From positions 1-59,809 of IMG/VR virus record IMGVR_UViG_3300020181_000014: 59,809 bases of DNA; one strand, given 5' to 3'. The notes beneath the pieces were generated by a model. The model had not been told where the DNA came from and did not search any database. It saw only the letters and a program-made list of their open reading frames with translations. Source of the DNA: a virus. Its lineage: Duplodnaviria > Caudoviricetes. Every line of letters starts with the position of its first letter. Position 1 is the stretch's first letter. Both the position numbers and the translations under genes were made by a program. Shown here piece by piece: positions 26,635-36,810 of the stretch.

Positions 26635-28808
26635 CATCACGCCTCGTCAAGCTTGAACTCAAGCCGGGTGTCGTCACCAACGATACAGGACTGGCAAACG
26701 AGGGCGGCTATTCGGCTGCCAATCTCGTGCGCGCCTACCAGGGCCGCGTGCAACCGGTTGGCGGCTGGGAGCTCAGGACGACGAACGTATTCGAGGGCAT
26801 AGCTCGCGGCAGCCATGCCTGGTCAACACGCATGGGCGACAAGTGCCTGGCGTTCGGCACCAACACCGCGCTTTACGGCGAATTCAACGGCAATATCCGG
26901 GATATCACCGGTCCACTGCATGAGACCGTTCTGGAGAACGCATTCTCCACCACGAACGGCTCCAATGTCGTCACGGTCAAGCTGGTCTTCCACAATCTGA
27001 GGGTCGAGCAGGAAGTCACCTTCTCCAATCACCAATCAACGGTGGGTGGGCTGACCATCCAAGGGACGTACGAGGTCAAGGAAATCCTGACCCGCGACAC
27101 GTTCACCATCGAGGCTGGCTCCAATGCCTCTTCCACCGTGACGAATGGTGGTGGGTTTGTCGACTTCCTCGCCAATCTTCCCGCCGGTGCCGTCAGCAAC
27201 GACATCTACGGCTACGGAACGCGGGGATATGGTGAAGGGGAGTATGGCTCCTCTCTCGAAACAGACGAGCTTCGCACCTGGGCAATCGATAACTGGGGCG
27301 AATTCGGCCTTTTCAACCCATCGGGCTACGGCCTGTGGGAATGGCAGCCGCTGAAGCGGTACGTCGACCTCGCCTTCAATGGCACGTTCAATGGAAATGC
27401 CAATGGCTGGGGCTTGGGCACCGGCTGGGCCTATAACACCAACAAGGTTACCAAGACAGCAGGGACTGCTTCCAACCTTTCGCAGAACGTAGAGGGGATA
27501 CTGGAGGGGGGCAAGACCTATCGCGTCATCTTCACAGTCACCAGGACGGCAGGAACCCTGAAGTTCCGCGTGAATGCCGGCGATCCTCCGGCGGTGATTG
27601 ATGTAGGCTATGCGTCCTCCCCAATCACGAAATCCGGCACCTATTCGCGTATCTTCCGTTGCCCGGCAGATCCTTCTGACATCATTTTCGAGGGTGACGA
27701 CACATTTGCGGGCTCGGTCTCGAATGTCTCCTATCAGGTCGAGGACAAGGCCTACCGCATCACCACTGCGCCGCCGATCATCGATTACATGTATGTCGAT
27801 CCGAACGGCCTCGTTGTCGCTCTCGGAACCACCACCGTGGATGACGGGCAATACGATCCGACGCTCATGCGCTGCTCGGATCTGGGCAATAATCGGGCAT
27901 GGGTCCCTGACACAGATTCCTATGCCTCATTCCGCAACCTGCGGGGCATTGGCGGCCGGTTGATGTCCGGTCTGCCCACAAGGCAGCAGGCGCTTGCCTG
28001 GGGCGATGATGGCGTTGGCTCGCTCCAGTTCACCGGCGAGCTTGGCGATGCATTCGCGTTCGAGCTCCTTGGCGTCGGCTGCGGCATTGCCTCCCGTGAC
28101 GCTCGGTCAGAGCAGAACGGTTTTGTGTTCTGGGCCTCCAAGGACAACTTCTTCATCTTCCGCGGCATTGGGGCAACGAACCTCGGCTATCCCGAAATCA
28201 TTCCCTGCTCGGTATCGGAAGACCTGTTCAACAACATCGATGAAAGCCAGCTCCTGAAGTGCCACGTGGGCATTGTGCCACGGTTTTCGGAAATGTGGTT
28301 CTTCTATCCCGATACTCGCGATGGAGATGAATGCTCTCGCGCCGTGACCTTCAATTGGGTTGAGGGTCATTGGCATCCTCACATTATCGAACGCACGACA
28401 TGGTGCGACAGCGGCATTTTCCCGAGCCCGATCGGTTTCAGTCCGGAAGGCTACATCTTCAACCATGAAGTCGGGACGACGGCCAACGGCGGCTACATGG
28501 GCTGGTTTGCCGAGACAAGCGATCTCGACATTCAGGACGGCGACAATCTGCTCCTTGTTATGGGTTTCGTGCCCGATTTTGCTGACCAGCAGGGGAGCAT
28601 CGCGCTCACGCTGAAGGGCAAGTTCTACCCCAACGACGCCAATTGGGTCGAGAAGGGTCCTTTCACAAGTTCGCCCTCCACACGACGCCTCAACTTCCGA
28701 ATGAAGGCCAGACAGGTGCGGTTTCGGTTCGCGGAAGGCACCCGCGGTTCGTTCGTAAGGCAGGGCGCATCTCGCATCGATCTCGGCGGCACACAGGCCA
28801 AGCGCTGA
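26631..28808 (+). CDS. Tail nozzle / DNA stabilisation protein (P22 gp10-like) with inserted domains
   Basis: L.PGV.., DNWGE, GCG, E.WFFYP..., RT.W.D propeller motifs. Confidence 0.75.
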   Translation: MTSRLVKLELKPGVVTNDTGLANEGGYSAANLVRAYQGRVQPVGGWELRTTNVFEGIARGSHAWSTRMGDKCLAFGTNTALYGEFNGNIRDITGPLHETVLENAFSTTNGSNVVTVKLVFHNLRVEQEVTFSNHQSTVGGLTIQGTYEVKEILTRDTFTIEAGSNASSTVTNGGGFVDFLANLPAGAVSNDIYGYGTRGYGEGEYGSSLETDELRTWAIDNWGEFGLFNPSGYGLWEWQPLKRYVDLAFNGTFNGNANGWGLGTGWAYNTNKVTKTAGTASNLSQNVEGILEGGKTYRVIFTVTRTAGTLKFRVNAGDPPAVIDVGYASSPITKSGTYSRIFRCPADPSDIIFEGDDTFAGSVSNVSYQVEDKAYRITTAPPIIDYMYVDPNGLVVALGTTTVDDGQYDPTLMRCSDLGNNRAWVPDTDSYASFRNLRGIGGRLMSGLPTRQQALAWGDDGVGSLQFTGELGDAFAFELLGVGCGIASRDARSEQNGFVFWASKDNFFIFRGIGATNLGYPEIIPCSVSEDLFNNIDESQLLKCHVGIVPRFSEMWFFYPDTRDGDECSRAVTFNWVEGHWHPHIIERTTWCDSGIFPSPIGFSPEGYIFNHEVGTTANGGYMGWFAETSDLDIQDGDNLLLVMGFVPDFADQQGSIALTLKGKFYPNDANWVEKGPFTSSPSTRRLNFRMKARQVRFRFAEGTRGSFVRQGASRIDLGGTQAKR

Positions 28809-28838
28809 ACCTCGGAATTCATCAGGGATAATCTGAAC

Positions 28839-29723
28839 ATGTCACTATTCGGCGGCGGTACCCAGACCACCAATCAGAGCCAGTCCACGAATTATGCGCC
28901 GTGGATCGGGCAGATGCAGCAGGGGCTGGCAGGCTTGGGTTTCGGCCTGAACAAGGATTATCTCAAGGCCTCGCCTTACGGTGTGGCTGGCTTCACGCCC
29001 GACCAGCTCAAGGGCATGGACCAGATGCGCGGCACCGCGCTTCAGTACGGTGACGGGTCGAACAATGTTCCTGGCATCAACGCGCTGCTTGGTGCGGGCC
29101 GGGCCGACGCTGCCCAACTCGGCGGGAACGACTTCCAGCAATTCATGAATCCATATCTGGAGACGGTCGGCAAGAACGCCATCTCCTCAATGCGGAATGA
29201 GTACGACAACAGCCAAGCAGGCCTGGGAGCCCGATACGCGGCCCGTGGCGGCCTCGGTGGCTCCGGTGAGGGACTTGCCCGCGCACAAGTCGCCAGGGGC
29301 TTCAATGAGGCTGTCCCGCAGGTGATGGGCAATATCATGGCTCAGGGCTATGACAGGGCCAATCAGCTTGCATCGCAAAACGTCGATCGGCGCCAGCAGA
29401 CGAACCTTGCCAATGCCGGCAATGCGCTCTCTGCCTACGGATTGCATGGCAATCTGCTCGATGCGGATTTCTCCCGCCAGATGGGTGCTTCTCAGGGTCT
29501 GCTCGGTGTTGGGCAGCTTGGCCAGAACCAGATGCAGACGCAGCTGGATTTCCCGTTCACTGCGCTTCAGCGGATGCAGTCGCTTGTGCCGAATGTCTAC
29601 GACTCGACCACATCGGCTAGCTCGACATCGCCGGACAATTCGCCTGGCCTGTTTCAGCAGCTTCTAGGCTTCGGCGCGGCTACTCACGATAGCTGGATGC
29701 CGCAGTTGTTCGGCAACGCCTAA
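28839..29723 (+). CDS. DNA ejection (pilot) protein
   Basis: MSLFGGGTQTT, VAGFTPDQ, FMNPY, GGLGGS. Confidence 0.7.
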   Translation: MSLFGGGTQTTNQSQSTNYAPWIGQMQQGLAGLGFGLNKDYLKASPYGVAGFTPDQLKGMDQMRGTALQYGDGSNNVPGINALLGAGRADAAQLGGNDFQQFMNPYLETVGKNAISSMRNEYDNSQAGLGARYAARGGLGGSGEGLARAQVARGFNEAVPQVMGNIMAQGYDRANQLASQNVDRRQQTNLANAGNALSAYGLHGNLLDADFSRQMGASQGLLGVGQLGQNQMQTQLDFPFTALQRMQSLVPNVYDSTTSASSTSPDNSPGLFQQLLGFGAATHDSWMPQLFGNA

Positions 29724-29735
29724 GGAGGAACGCAC

Positions 29736-31337
29736 ATGCTTCCACGCGTCCCAGCGTTCCCCGGTGTTGCCATGCCGGCTCCCGTCACGCCCTATGCCCC
29801 AGATCCGCGTCAGGCAGGCTACGGGGCGCCCGCGGCTCCTCCTCCGGAACTTCTCCCCCTCCCGCAGCAGCAGCAGCCTCAGCAGGTCCCTATGGGCTTT
29901 GGCGGCATGGGCGGAGGAGTGCCCATGGCCGCACCTCAGAACGGACCCACGCCCGGCGGCTGGGGTGATATCACGAAGGCGCTTGGCTTTTCGCTGATGT
30001 CGAGCCCGAGCAATGTCCCGCTGCAGAACTTTGGCCAATTTTATGGTCAAATGCAGGGGCAAACGCAGGAGAAAGCCGACAAGCTTAAAGCCGAGCATCA
30101 GCGCAATCAGACCGTTGAATACCTGCGCCGCAAGTACCCGGATATTGCTGACTTGGTCGATGCTGGCCTACCGGTCAAGGAAGGCCTTGTGCTGGCCATC
30201 GAGCGTGATCAGTCCATGAAAGAACAGGAAGCCGACGCGAACTGGATGAACCAGATCGGGGGCGTTCTGGGCGGCGGTGGTGCTGCGGGACAGGAAGCCG
30301 CTGCTCCGGCGCAGTCTGCATCATGGCCGAACCTTCCTGCGCCAGGTGGTGGCAGCGATCAGCGCGGCGTGCTGGAGGAAATGGCCGGAGCAGAGGAGGA
30401 CGTACAGCCGGCGCCATCCGATGTCCCGATCACAAACCCCGAATATCAGGCGCTTCTCGCCCGTCGTGAGCAACTGGCACGCATGCCCGCGAGGACGGAA
30501 AGACAACAGAAGATTCTTGACCGTCAAATAGCGCAGGTCGATCAGCAACTGGATGCACTTGAGCCGACGACCTCGCAGCGCGACTACGTTTTCGCTATGC
30601 AGCAGCGAAAAGCACAAGGGCTCCCCATTATCCCGATTGATGAATGGGATCTGGCACAGCGGCGTGCGGGCGCGACCAGCATCAAGAATGTGGGAAGCAT
30701 CCCGCCCGGGTACGAAGTCGAGTACGACGAGAACGGCAACCCCGTCCGGATGTTCCCAATCCCGGGTAGCCCGGCGGCACAGGAAGCTGAGGCGGCACAG
30801 CAATCTGTGGACTCGCAGAACGCCCAAGAAGCCATCTACGGAGACATCGTGCTCAATGACATCGAGCGCGTACAAGAGAAGATACAGAACGCACCGTGGT
30901 ACTCGCCCACAACCGGTCTCGTCGGCAATTTCCTCAAGGACTATGGTGGCACGGCCGCCGCGGATGTGAAATCGCTCACGGATACGATCGGCGCGAACAT
31001 TGGCTTCGACCGCTTGCAGGCCATGCGGGAGGCTTCTCCCACGGGCGGCGCTCTCGGCAGTGTCACTGAAAGGGAGTTGGGTCTTCTTCAATCGACACTC
31101 GGAAGCCTTTCACAGTCTCAGAGTGAAGATCAGCTTATGGAGAATCTGGATCGCCTGGAAAAGGTCTACTCCCAGATCAGCCGGAAGGCTGCAGCGTATC
31201 CCAATGCTTCTCAGTTCGGCTTCACCGCTCCTAGCAGTGATGCTGCGAGGCCTACTACGCAGGAACAGTACGACGCACTTCCCTCGGGCGCTCTCTTCAT
31301 CGATCCCGATGATGGCAAGACCTATCAGAAGCCCTAA
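29736..31337 (+). CDS. DNA ejection protein
   Basis: IPPGY...PIPGSPA, ANIGFDRLQAMR..SPTGGALG.V.E.E, YDALPSG..FIDPD. Confidence 0.7.
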   Translation: MLPRVPAFPGVAMPAPVTPYAPDPRQAGYGAPAAPPPELLPLPQQQQPQQVPMGFGGMGGGVPMAAPQNGPTPGGWGDITKALGFSLMSSPSNVPLQNFGQFYGQMQGQTQEKADKLKAEHQRNQTVEYLRRKYPDIADLVDAGLPVKEGLVLAIERDQSMKEQEADANWMNQIGGVLGGGGAAGQEAAAPAQSASWPNLPAPGGGSDQRGVLEEMAGAEEDVQPAPSDVPITNPEYQALLARREQLARMPARTERQQKILDRQIAQVDQQLDALEPTTSQRDYVFAMQQRKAQGLPIIPIDEWDLAQRRAGATSIKNVGSIPPGYEVEYDENGNPVRMFPIPGSPAAQEAEAAQQSVDSQNAQEAIYGDIVLNDIERVQEKIQNAPWYSPTTGLVGNFLKDYGGTAAADVKSLTDTIGANIGFDRLQAMREASPTGGALGSVTERELGLLQSTLGSLSQSQSEDQLMENLDRLEKVYSQISRKAAAYPNASQFGFTAPSSDAARPTTQEQYDALPSGALFIDPDDGKTYQKP

Positions 31338-31357
31338 CCTGCGACCGGAGCAAGCCC

Positions 31358-32884
31358 ATGCCACGATTTGAGGGAATTCCGGTTCAGCAGGGCGGTACGA
31401 AGCCTCCCCGCTTCGCGGGCATTCCAGTTGAGCAGCAGAAGACACAACCGATTTCTGTAGATGCATGGAACGCAGCATCGGAGGCCGACAAACTTGAGGG
31501 GGCTTTCGGGACCGGTCTGTTCGGAGACATCACTGGATCTGGCATCGCCAAAGCGGTGCCCTTTGCTGACGAGATCGTATCTGGAGCCACGGCACCGTTT
31601 CGTGCTGCTCGGGAATGGGTAGAGGGCGAAGGCTTCGATATTCCGCGCGCTTATGACCGCAACATGCAGGTTGAGGAAGAGCTACAGAACCGGCGTGAAG
31701 AGCGGTCGCCTATCGGATCTGTCGCGGGCGCTGTTGCGGGCGGTCTAGGTGCGGCTGGTCCGCTCATGCAGGGTGGCGCAACATTCTTGCAGGGAGCGAA
31801 GGCCACCTTGCCATCACTGATGGGGAGGGGTGCGGCAGAGGGCGCTGCATATGGTGCAGCCTACGGCGCAGGTGAGGGTCGCGGGATGGCTGAGCGCAGC
31901 CACAATGCGCTGTTCGGTGCCGGGACGGGTGCCGCTGTCGGCACTGCCGGCGGTGCGGTGGCGCGCATTGGGGCCGGTCGCGCTGCGAAAGAAGCCACTC
32001 CTTCACTAGACAACCTTCGACGGGTAGGCGACCAAGCTTACAAGCGCGCTGATGAAGCTGGCGTGGCCTTCACACCCAATGCTGTCGCTCGCCTGAAAAC
32101 AGGCATCGAGGGTAAATTGGTGGAGCTTGGCTATGATCCGGCGCTGCACCCCGGCGCAAATGCGGTGGTGAAGCGCATTGAGGGTCTAGTCGGCCAAAAT
32201 GTCACCCTTAAGGGGCTCGATAGCCTCCGGCGCGTTGCCAGCAACGGATTCCAGCCGGGAAATAAGGCCAACAACAAGGCCGTCAATGAGATTATTGACA
32301 GCATTGACGATCTCATAGCCAACCCGAGCGCTCAGGACGTGCTTATGGGGGACGCGCAAGCTGGCGCAAAGGCGCTCCAGCAGGCAAGAACCGTCTGGTC
32401 TCGGCTTAGCAAAGCGGAACGTCTGTCCGGGGCCATCGAGCGGGCTGAATTGCGAGCCGCTTCCACAGGCTCTGGCGGAAACGCCGACAACGCAATTCGG
32501 CAGAACGCGCGACGTTTGCTGGAAAGCGGCAGGGGTTGGAGCAAGGAGGAAAAGGCAGCGCTTCAGGCCATTGTCAAAGGTACACCTGCGCAAAACGCCC
32601 TTCGCCTCTTGGGCAAGCTTTCACCTTCCGGCAACGGTCTTATGGCCGCTCTGGGAATTGGTGGGACGATGGTCAACCCGCTCGTCGGTCTGGCCTCGCT
32701 TGGTGGTCTAGGTGCGAAAGCTGCGGCCGATGCGATGACCAAGGGGAATGTCGCTGCACTTGATGCAATCATTCGCAGCGGTGGCAGGAAGGCTCCCGCA
32801 CTGCTATCGGGGCCGCGCTCTGCTATCACTCAGGGGCTGATCCATGGATCCGCTCCGCAGCTTCCGGACTACATGCCCCGATAA
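31358..32884 (+). CDS. DNA ejection protein (Ala/Gly-rich)
   Basis: FADEI...A, GAAYGAGEG repeats; position. Confidence 0.7.
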   Translation: MPRFEGIPVQQGGTKPPRFAGIPVEQQKTQPISVDAWNAASEADKLEGAFGTGLFGDITGSGIAKAVPFADEIVSGATAPFRAAREWVEGEGFDIPRAYDRNMQVEEELQNRREERSPIGSVAGAVAGGLGAAGPLMQGGATFLQGAKATLPSLMGRGAAEGAAYGAAYGAGEGRGMAERSHNALFGAGTGAAVGTAGGAVARIGAGRAAKEATPSLDNLRRVGDQAYKRADEAGVAFTPNAVARLKTGIEGKLVELGYDPALHPGANAVVKRIEGLVGQNVTLKGLDSLRRVASNGFQPGNKANNKAVNEIIDSIDDLIANPSAQDVLMGDAQAGAKALQQARTVWSRLSKAERLSGAIERAELRAASTGSGGNADNAIRQNARRLLESGRGWSKEEKAALQAIVKGTPAQNALRLLGKLSPSGNGLMAALGIGGTMVNPLVGLASLGGLGAKAAADAMTKGNVAALDAIIRSGGRKAPALLSGPRSAITQGLIHGSAPQLPDYMPR

Positions 32885-33008
32885 ACCTACAGCCCAGATC
32901 GGCTACGAATTGGCCGACATAGGGCGCCACAGTGAACAGCAATAGCAGGCCGACTGCCATCTGAATTGCGAACGCTTTTGCATTCGAGCCGAAGAAAGGC
33001 TCTTTCAC
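32826..33008 (-). CDS. Small membrane protein (moron)
   Basis: Single TM; antisense to late operon. Confidence 0.45.
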   Translation of the reverse strand: MKEPFFGSNAKAFAIQMAVGLLLLFTVAPYVGQFVADLGCRFIGACSPEAAERIHGSAPE

Positions 33009-33026
33009 TTCAGATTCCCCATCTGG

Positions 33027-33383
33027 CTACCACTGGGTGCATGTTGTTCGAGTATTTATGCCTTCTGGCCGAGTCGTGCAATTGATCATGGGCGGTGGCC
33101 TCGGGGCAGGCTGCTGGTATGTCCCAGCCAATTGTGCATGTCCCCAGGCTTTGAGCGCAGAAGAGAAGGCCTGATCTCGCTCACTGCGTCTCTGTTGTTC
33201 GCGATTCTCACTTTGCATTGCTAGGCATGCCTGGCGCTGCAATTCAGTCCGAGCTCCTATCGCCCAGCACTGTTGCAGGTCCGCGGCGAGTTGGTTGTGC
33301 TTTCGCATCAATTCGGTGCTGCTGTTGGATGAGCCGCACGCCGTAGCAAAAAGCGCGAAACCACCTATCAACAATACACGCAT
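33027..33383 (-). CDS. Lipoprotein (moron, candidate superinfection exclusion)
   Basis: Signal MRVLLIGGFALFATA-C lipobox. Confidence 0.7.
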   Translation of the reverse strand: MRVLLIGGFALFATACGSSNSSTELMRKHNQLAADLQQCWAIGARTELQRQACLAMQSENREQQRRSERDQAFSSALKAWGHAQLAGTYQQPAPRPPPMINCTTRPEGINTRTTCTQW

Positions 33384-33402
33384 CGTTCTTCCCCCCAAGG
33401 GA

Positions 33403-33431
33403 AGTATAGCAACCTCTGCGCGTCTGGCCAA
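33403..33431 (-). promoter_or_regulatory. Sigma70 promoter of lipoprotein moron
   Basis: TTGGCC-17-TATACT on the minus strand. Confidence 0.6.
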
Positions 33432-33445
33432 GGTTAGGCCGCGGT

Positions 33446-33760
33446 TCAATCGCAGTAGGGGACGAACTTCTCCGGCCCAAGCCAGAATGAGCCGTCGTCA
33501 CGCTCGGAAATTTCGCGGGCGTCGTCGGGGTTGCTCAAGTTGAACGCGATCCGAATGCCGGTACCGGTGCCTGCGCTTCCAGTTCCAAAGATCGTCTTCT
33601 CCTGTCCCTCCTGGAGAACAAGGTCTAGATCTTCGCTCCAAGACAGGACGCGCTTCCCAGGATCGAGCTCAGTGCTCGTGTAGATTTCGCAAGCGTGGAC
33701 GGCTCCAGAGAAAACCAGAGCAGCGATGAGTGCCATAAGGCGCAGCGCGAGTGCTTTCAT
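33446..33760 (-). CDS. Small secreted/periplasmic protein (moron)
   Basis: Signal peptide ending in AVHA; two Cys in the mature part. Confidence 0.7.
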   Translation of the reverse strand: MKALALRLMALIAALVFSGAVHACEIYTSTELDPGKRVLSWSEDLDLVLQEGQEKTIFGTGSAGTGTGIRIAFNLSNPDDAREISERDDGSFWLGPEKFVPYCD

Positions 33761-33796
33761 CCCCTCAATATAGCAACGCTTAGGGACGATCGGTAG

Positions 33797-35905
33797 ATGG
33801 CTCTCAAAAATCGCCAATATTACGAGTCGCTGCTCTCGAATCCGAATGTGCGCGCGGCTCTCTATTCGATCAGCCAGCTTGAGGGGACAGCAAAGTCTCG
33901 GAACCCGTACAGGACTGCATTCGGCCATCGCCACATTGCCGACCTTTCAAAACACCCGGGGAAGAGCTATCGCTTTTCGACACAAAGCGGCAAGAAGCAG
34001 CGTACCACAGCGGCCGGCGCCTACCAATTCCTCTCCAGGACGTGGAACGGCGTTGCCAAGCAACTTGACCTGAAAGATTTCTCACCCCGCAACCAGGACA
34101 TCGCGGCACTTGCTCTCATCGATCAGCGCGGAGGCCTTGGACCTGTTTTGGAGGGAGATGTCCGCGGGTTTGCTAAGGCGGTGGGCAAAGAGTGGGCATC
34201 GTTTCCGACCGCGCCCGCCGCGTACGATCAGCCTACAGCATCATGGGGCAAGCTAGAACGGGCGTGGAATACCGCACTGACGCGCCACAATGCCCCAATC
34301 CCCACCCCCTCACCGCTAGGTCAAACCCCACAGGCATACGCTGGCCTGACACGTTCCCTTGCTCCGGCAAACACGCCGGCACTTCCGGAGCAGCAGATCG
34401 ATCAGCAGCAGCTTATCGCCCAGAACATCCCCACACCCACGCCGCGGCCTTCTCTGCCAACGGTGAACCCGCAAGCACAGCCCATGCTCGCGTCCATGAC
34501 GCCCAGCATGAGGCCGTCAGCAATGCCCGCAGCAATGCAATCTCCGGCTCCTCGTGCCACTCCTGCCGTAATGCAAGGACCGTCTCCCGCAGTCATGCAG
34601 GCTTCCGCCGCTCCCGCAGACAGAGCAATGGCAGAGAGGGCCCGCATGGCCTACACTGCGCCATCTGCGCCCATGTCACGTCCTGGCGTTCCGCAGTCCA
34701 TGCCCGGTGCTCCCATGTCCACCGGACAGCCGATGCAAGCCCGCGCGCCAGTGGCGGCTGCCGCGTCTCCTGCGGCTCCCGTAGCCTCCGCTCCCGTGCA
34801 GATGGCAAGACCGGCTCCTACGCCCGGCCCAATGCCCGCAGCAGCGATGTCAGCGCCCGCACCCACACCTGCGGCCGCACAGGCGTCAGCTCCGATATCT
34901 GCGCCCATCTCGGCATCCTATCCGCAATCATCTCCCCAGCCTCAGACAACAGAACCGCAGCCCGGCGATCTCGCAGCAGGACTTGGCCCGGAACCGTTTG
35001 CTCAAGCGTCTGCCAGTGAAATCTTCAATGCTCCAGTAGAGGCCGAACCCGCTCCTCAGGAAGTCGCACAGGAACGCAAGGGCATGGGTGTTGGCCGCGC
35101 TCTCGGCGGTGCGCTGGGTGGTGCTCTTCTGGGTCCTATCGGTGGTATAGCTGGGGCAGTTGTCGGCGACAAGCTTGCCAATCCCGATGGGAAGCGTGGC
35201 CTGAACCTCGATCCCGGCAAGATTGCCGGTGGTGCGATCGGTGGGCTTCTGCTTGGCCCTATCGGAGCTTTGGCCGGCGGCTATCTCGGGGACAAGATAT
35301 TCAGCGGCGAGCTCAATCTGGGTGGTCTTGGTGCATTGGGTGGCATCGGTCGTCCGAATCCGCCTGAGGCAGTCGATCTCGGCAGCGGCATGAATGCCAT
35401 GTCCGCGGTTCAGTCGGGCGGTGCTCCTAATGGATACTCGGCACAGTCAAGCTCGAATCCGGGCATTTCGGCATTGTCTGCTGACGGACTGGTGGCGAGG
35501 ACAAACACCGAATTTGGCTATACCTCGATCATTGATCCTTCAACCGGTCGTGAGCGTGGCGTTCGGTTTGGCGAGGCTGCTGTGCTCGATCCGCAAACCG
35601 GTCGCATGTCCTTCGCTCCATTCGATCAAGCCTATCAACTAAGCGCCATGGGTGTTCCGACATCCATTGGACCTGCGAAACCCGCTGCTCGCCCCATGGG
35701 ACCGCAGGAGATGGCTTATGCCATGGGAGGGCCTGCGGCAGGCTTCCCAGCGGCTCCAGGGCAGGGCGGTGGTCTTCTGGGTAGCCTTGGCCGCGCTCTG
35801 GGCTTCGGCGGCGGTGGTAACTCAGGGCGGTCACACGCCGAAATGAGTGAATACTCACCTGCAGCTGCTGACGCGATCTCGTCGGGTAAGGCTGGCCTGT
35901 TCTAG
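33797..35905 (+). CDS. Virion-associated lytic transglycosylase (lambda-R-like) with Pro/Ala linker and glycine zippers
   Basis: EGT...TAAGAYQFL..TW...DFSP..QD..A...EWASFP; GGALLGPIGG repeats. Confidence 0.8.
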   Translation: MALKNRQYYESLLSNPNVRAALYSISQLEGTAKSRNPYRTAFGHRHIADLSKHPGKSYRFSTQSGKKQRTTAAGAYQFLSRTWNGVAKQLDLKDFSPRNQDIAALALIDQRGGLGPVLEGDVRGFAKAVGKEWASFPTAPAAYDQPTASWGKLERAWNTALTRHNAPIPTPSPLGQTPQAYAGLTRSLAPANTPALPEQQIDQQQLIAQNIPTPTPRPSLPTVNPQAQPMLASMTPSMRPSAMPAAMQSPAPRATPAVMQGPSPAVMQASAAPADRAMAERARMAYTAPSAPMSRPGVPQSMPGAPMSTGQPMQARAPVAAAASPAAPVASAPVQMARPAPTPGPMPAAAMSAPAPTPAAAQASAPISAPISASYPQSSPQPQTTEPQPGDLAAGLGPEPFAQASASEIFNAPVEAEPAPQEVAQERKGMGVGRALGGALGGALLGPIGGIAGAVVGDKLANPDGKRGLNLDPGKIAGGAIGGLLLGPIGALAGGYLGDKIFSGELNLGGLGALGGIGRPNPPEAVDLGSGMNAMSAVQSGGAPNGYSAQSSSNPGISALSADGLVARTNTEFGYTSIIDPSTGRERGVRFGEAAVLDPQTGRMSFAPFDQAYQLSAMGVPTSIGPAKPAARPMGPQEMAYAMGGPAAGFPAAPGQGGGLLGSLGRALGFGGGGNSGRSHAEMSEYSPAAADAISSGKAGLF

Positions 35906-35934
35906 CTCCTCCTCTCCTTTCAGGGAGTTCGCAT

Positions 35935-36120
35935 ATGAGCAAGCTTGGCTCATTGTCGAGAGCGATTGCGCGGTTTCTGCCGGGTGCTCTGGAGAATGAA
36001 AGCTTGTGCGGAAGGGCGGCTAGATCGCTTGGCCCTGAGAGTTGGGTATGCCGGTTGATTGATGCTCTTCTGGGCGAGGGGCATTGCCGGGAAGAAATGG
36101 AGTGGCTCCGGAAGAAGTGA
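35935..36120 (+). CDS. Small hypothetical protein
   Basis: GGAG SD; NES.CGR...ID.L..GHC motif. Confidence 0.65.
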   Translation: MSKLGSLSRAIARFLPGALENESLCGRAARSLGPESWVCRLIDALLGEGHCREEMEWLRKK

Positions 36121-36255
36121 GGGCCTTGCACCCTCCCAGCCTTAGCATTCTTAACGACCTATGACGCGGCTCCGGTCGGTTGGGCATCTACATCGTTCCC
36201 AACGCAGACGCCAACCACGAACTCTACCAAATTCACAGCATAAAGGGAATCCCCT

Positions 36256-36810
36256 ATGACACGACGCATCAACGCGGCGGGGCTTTCGCACATCAAGCAG
36301 TGGGAGGGCTGTCGCCTGACCGCCTACAAGGATGTCGCGGGGGTCTGGACCATCGGCTACGGCTCGACCGGCAAGCACGTCAAGCCCGGCATGAAGATCA
36401 CCCAGGCAGAAGCCGACGCGCTTCTCAGGAAGGACTTGGACCGCTTCGAAAAGGCCGTCGATACGCAGGTCAAGGTTCCCCTGAATGACAGCCAGTTTGC
36501 CGCGCTCGTGTCCTTCTCCTTCAATGTCGGCGTCGGCGCATTCCAGAAATCAACTCTGCTCAGGAAGCTCAATGCTGGCAACTACGATGCGGTGCCGTCT
36601 GAGTTGATGAAGTGGGTCAATGCCGGCGGCAGGAAGGTTCAAGGGCTCGTGAACCGTCGCCGGTCGGAAGGCGAGATCTGGGACAGCAAGACCGCACCAA
36701 AGCCTGCTCCAAAGCCTGATGTCATTCCGCCGACGCCCCAGCCCAAGACCTCGCTCTGGGCTCTCATCCTTCAATTCCTGTCGAAACTGTTCGGAGGCCG
36801 CAATGGCTGA
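36256..36810 (+). CDS. Endolysin (GH24 lysozyme)
   Basis: EGC...AYKD..GVWTIGYG, SFSFNVG, GLVNRRRSE; amphipathic C-terminal helix. Confidence 0.92.
   Translation: MTRRINAAGLSHIKQWEGCRLTAYKDVAGVWTIGYGSTGKHVKPGMKITQAEADALLRKDLDRFEKAVDTQVKVPLNDSQFAALVSFSFNVGVGAFQKSTLLRKLNAGNYDAVPSELMKWVNAGGRKVQGLVNRRRSEGEIWDSKTAPKPAPKPDVIPPTPQPKTSLWALILQFLSKLFGGRNG

Noticed and set aside
34300-35000. Possible tandem DNA repeat or CRISPR-like array
   Set aside because: Low-complexity Pro/Ala coding sequence without fixed repeat-spacer periodicity
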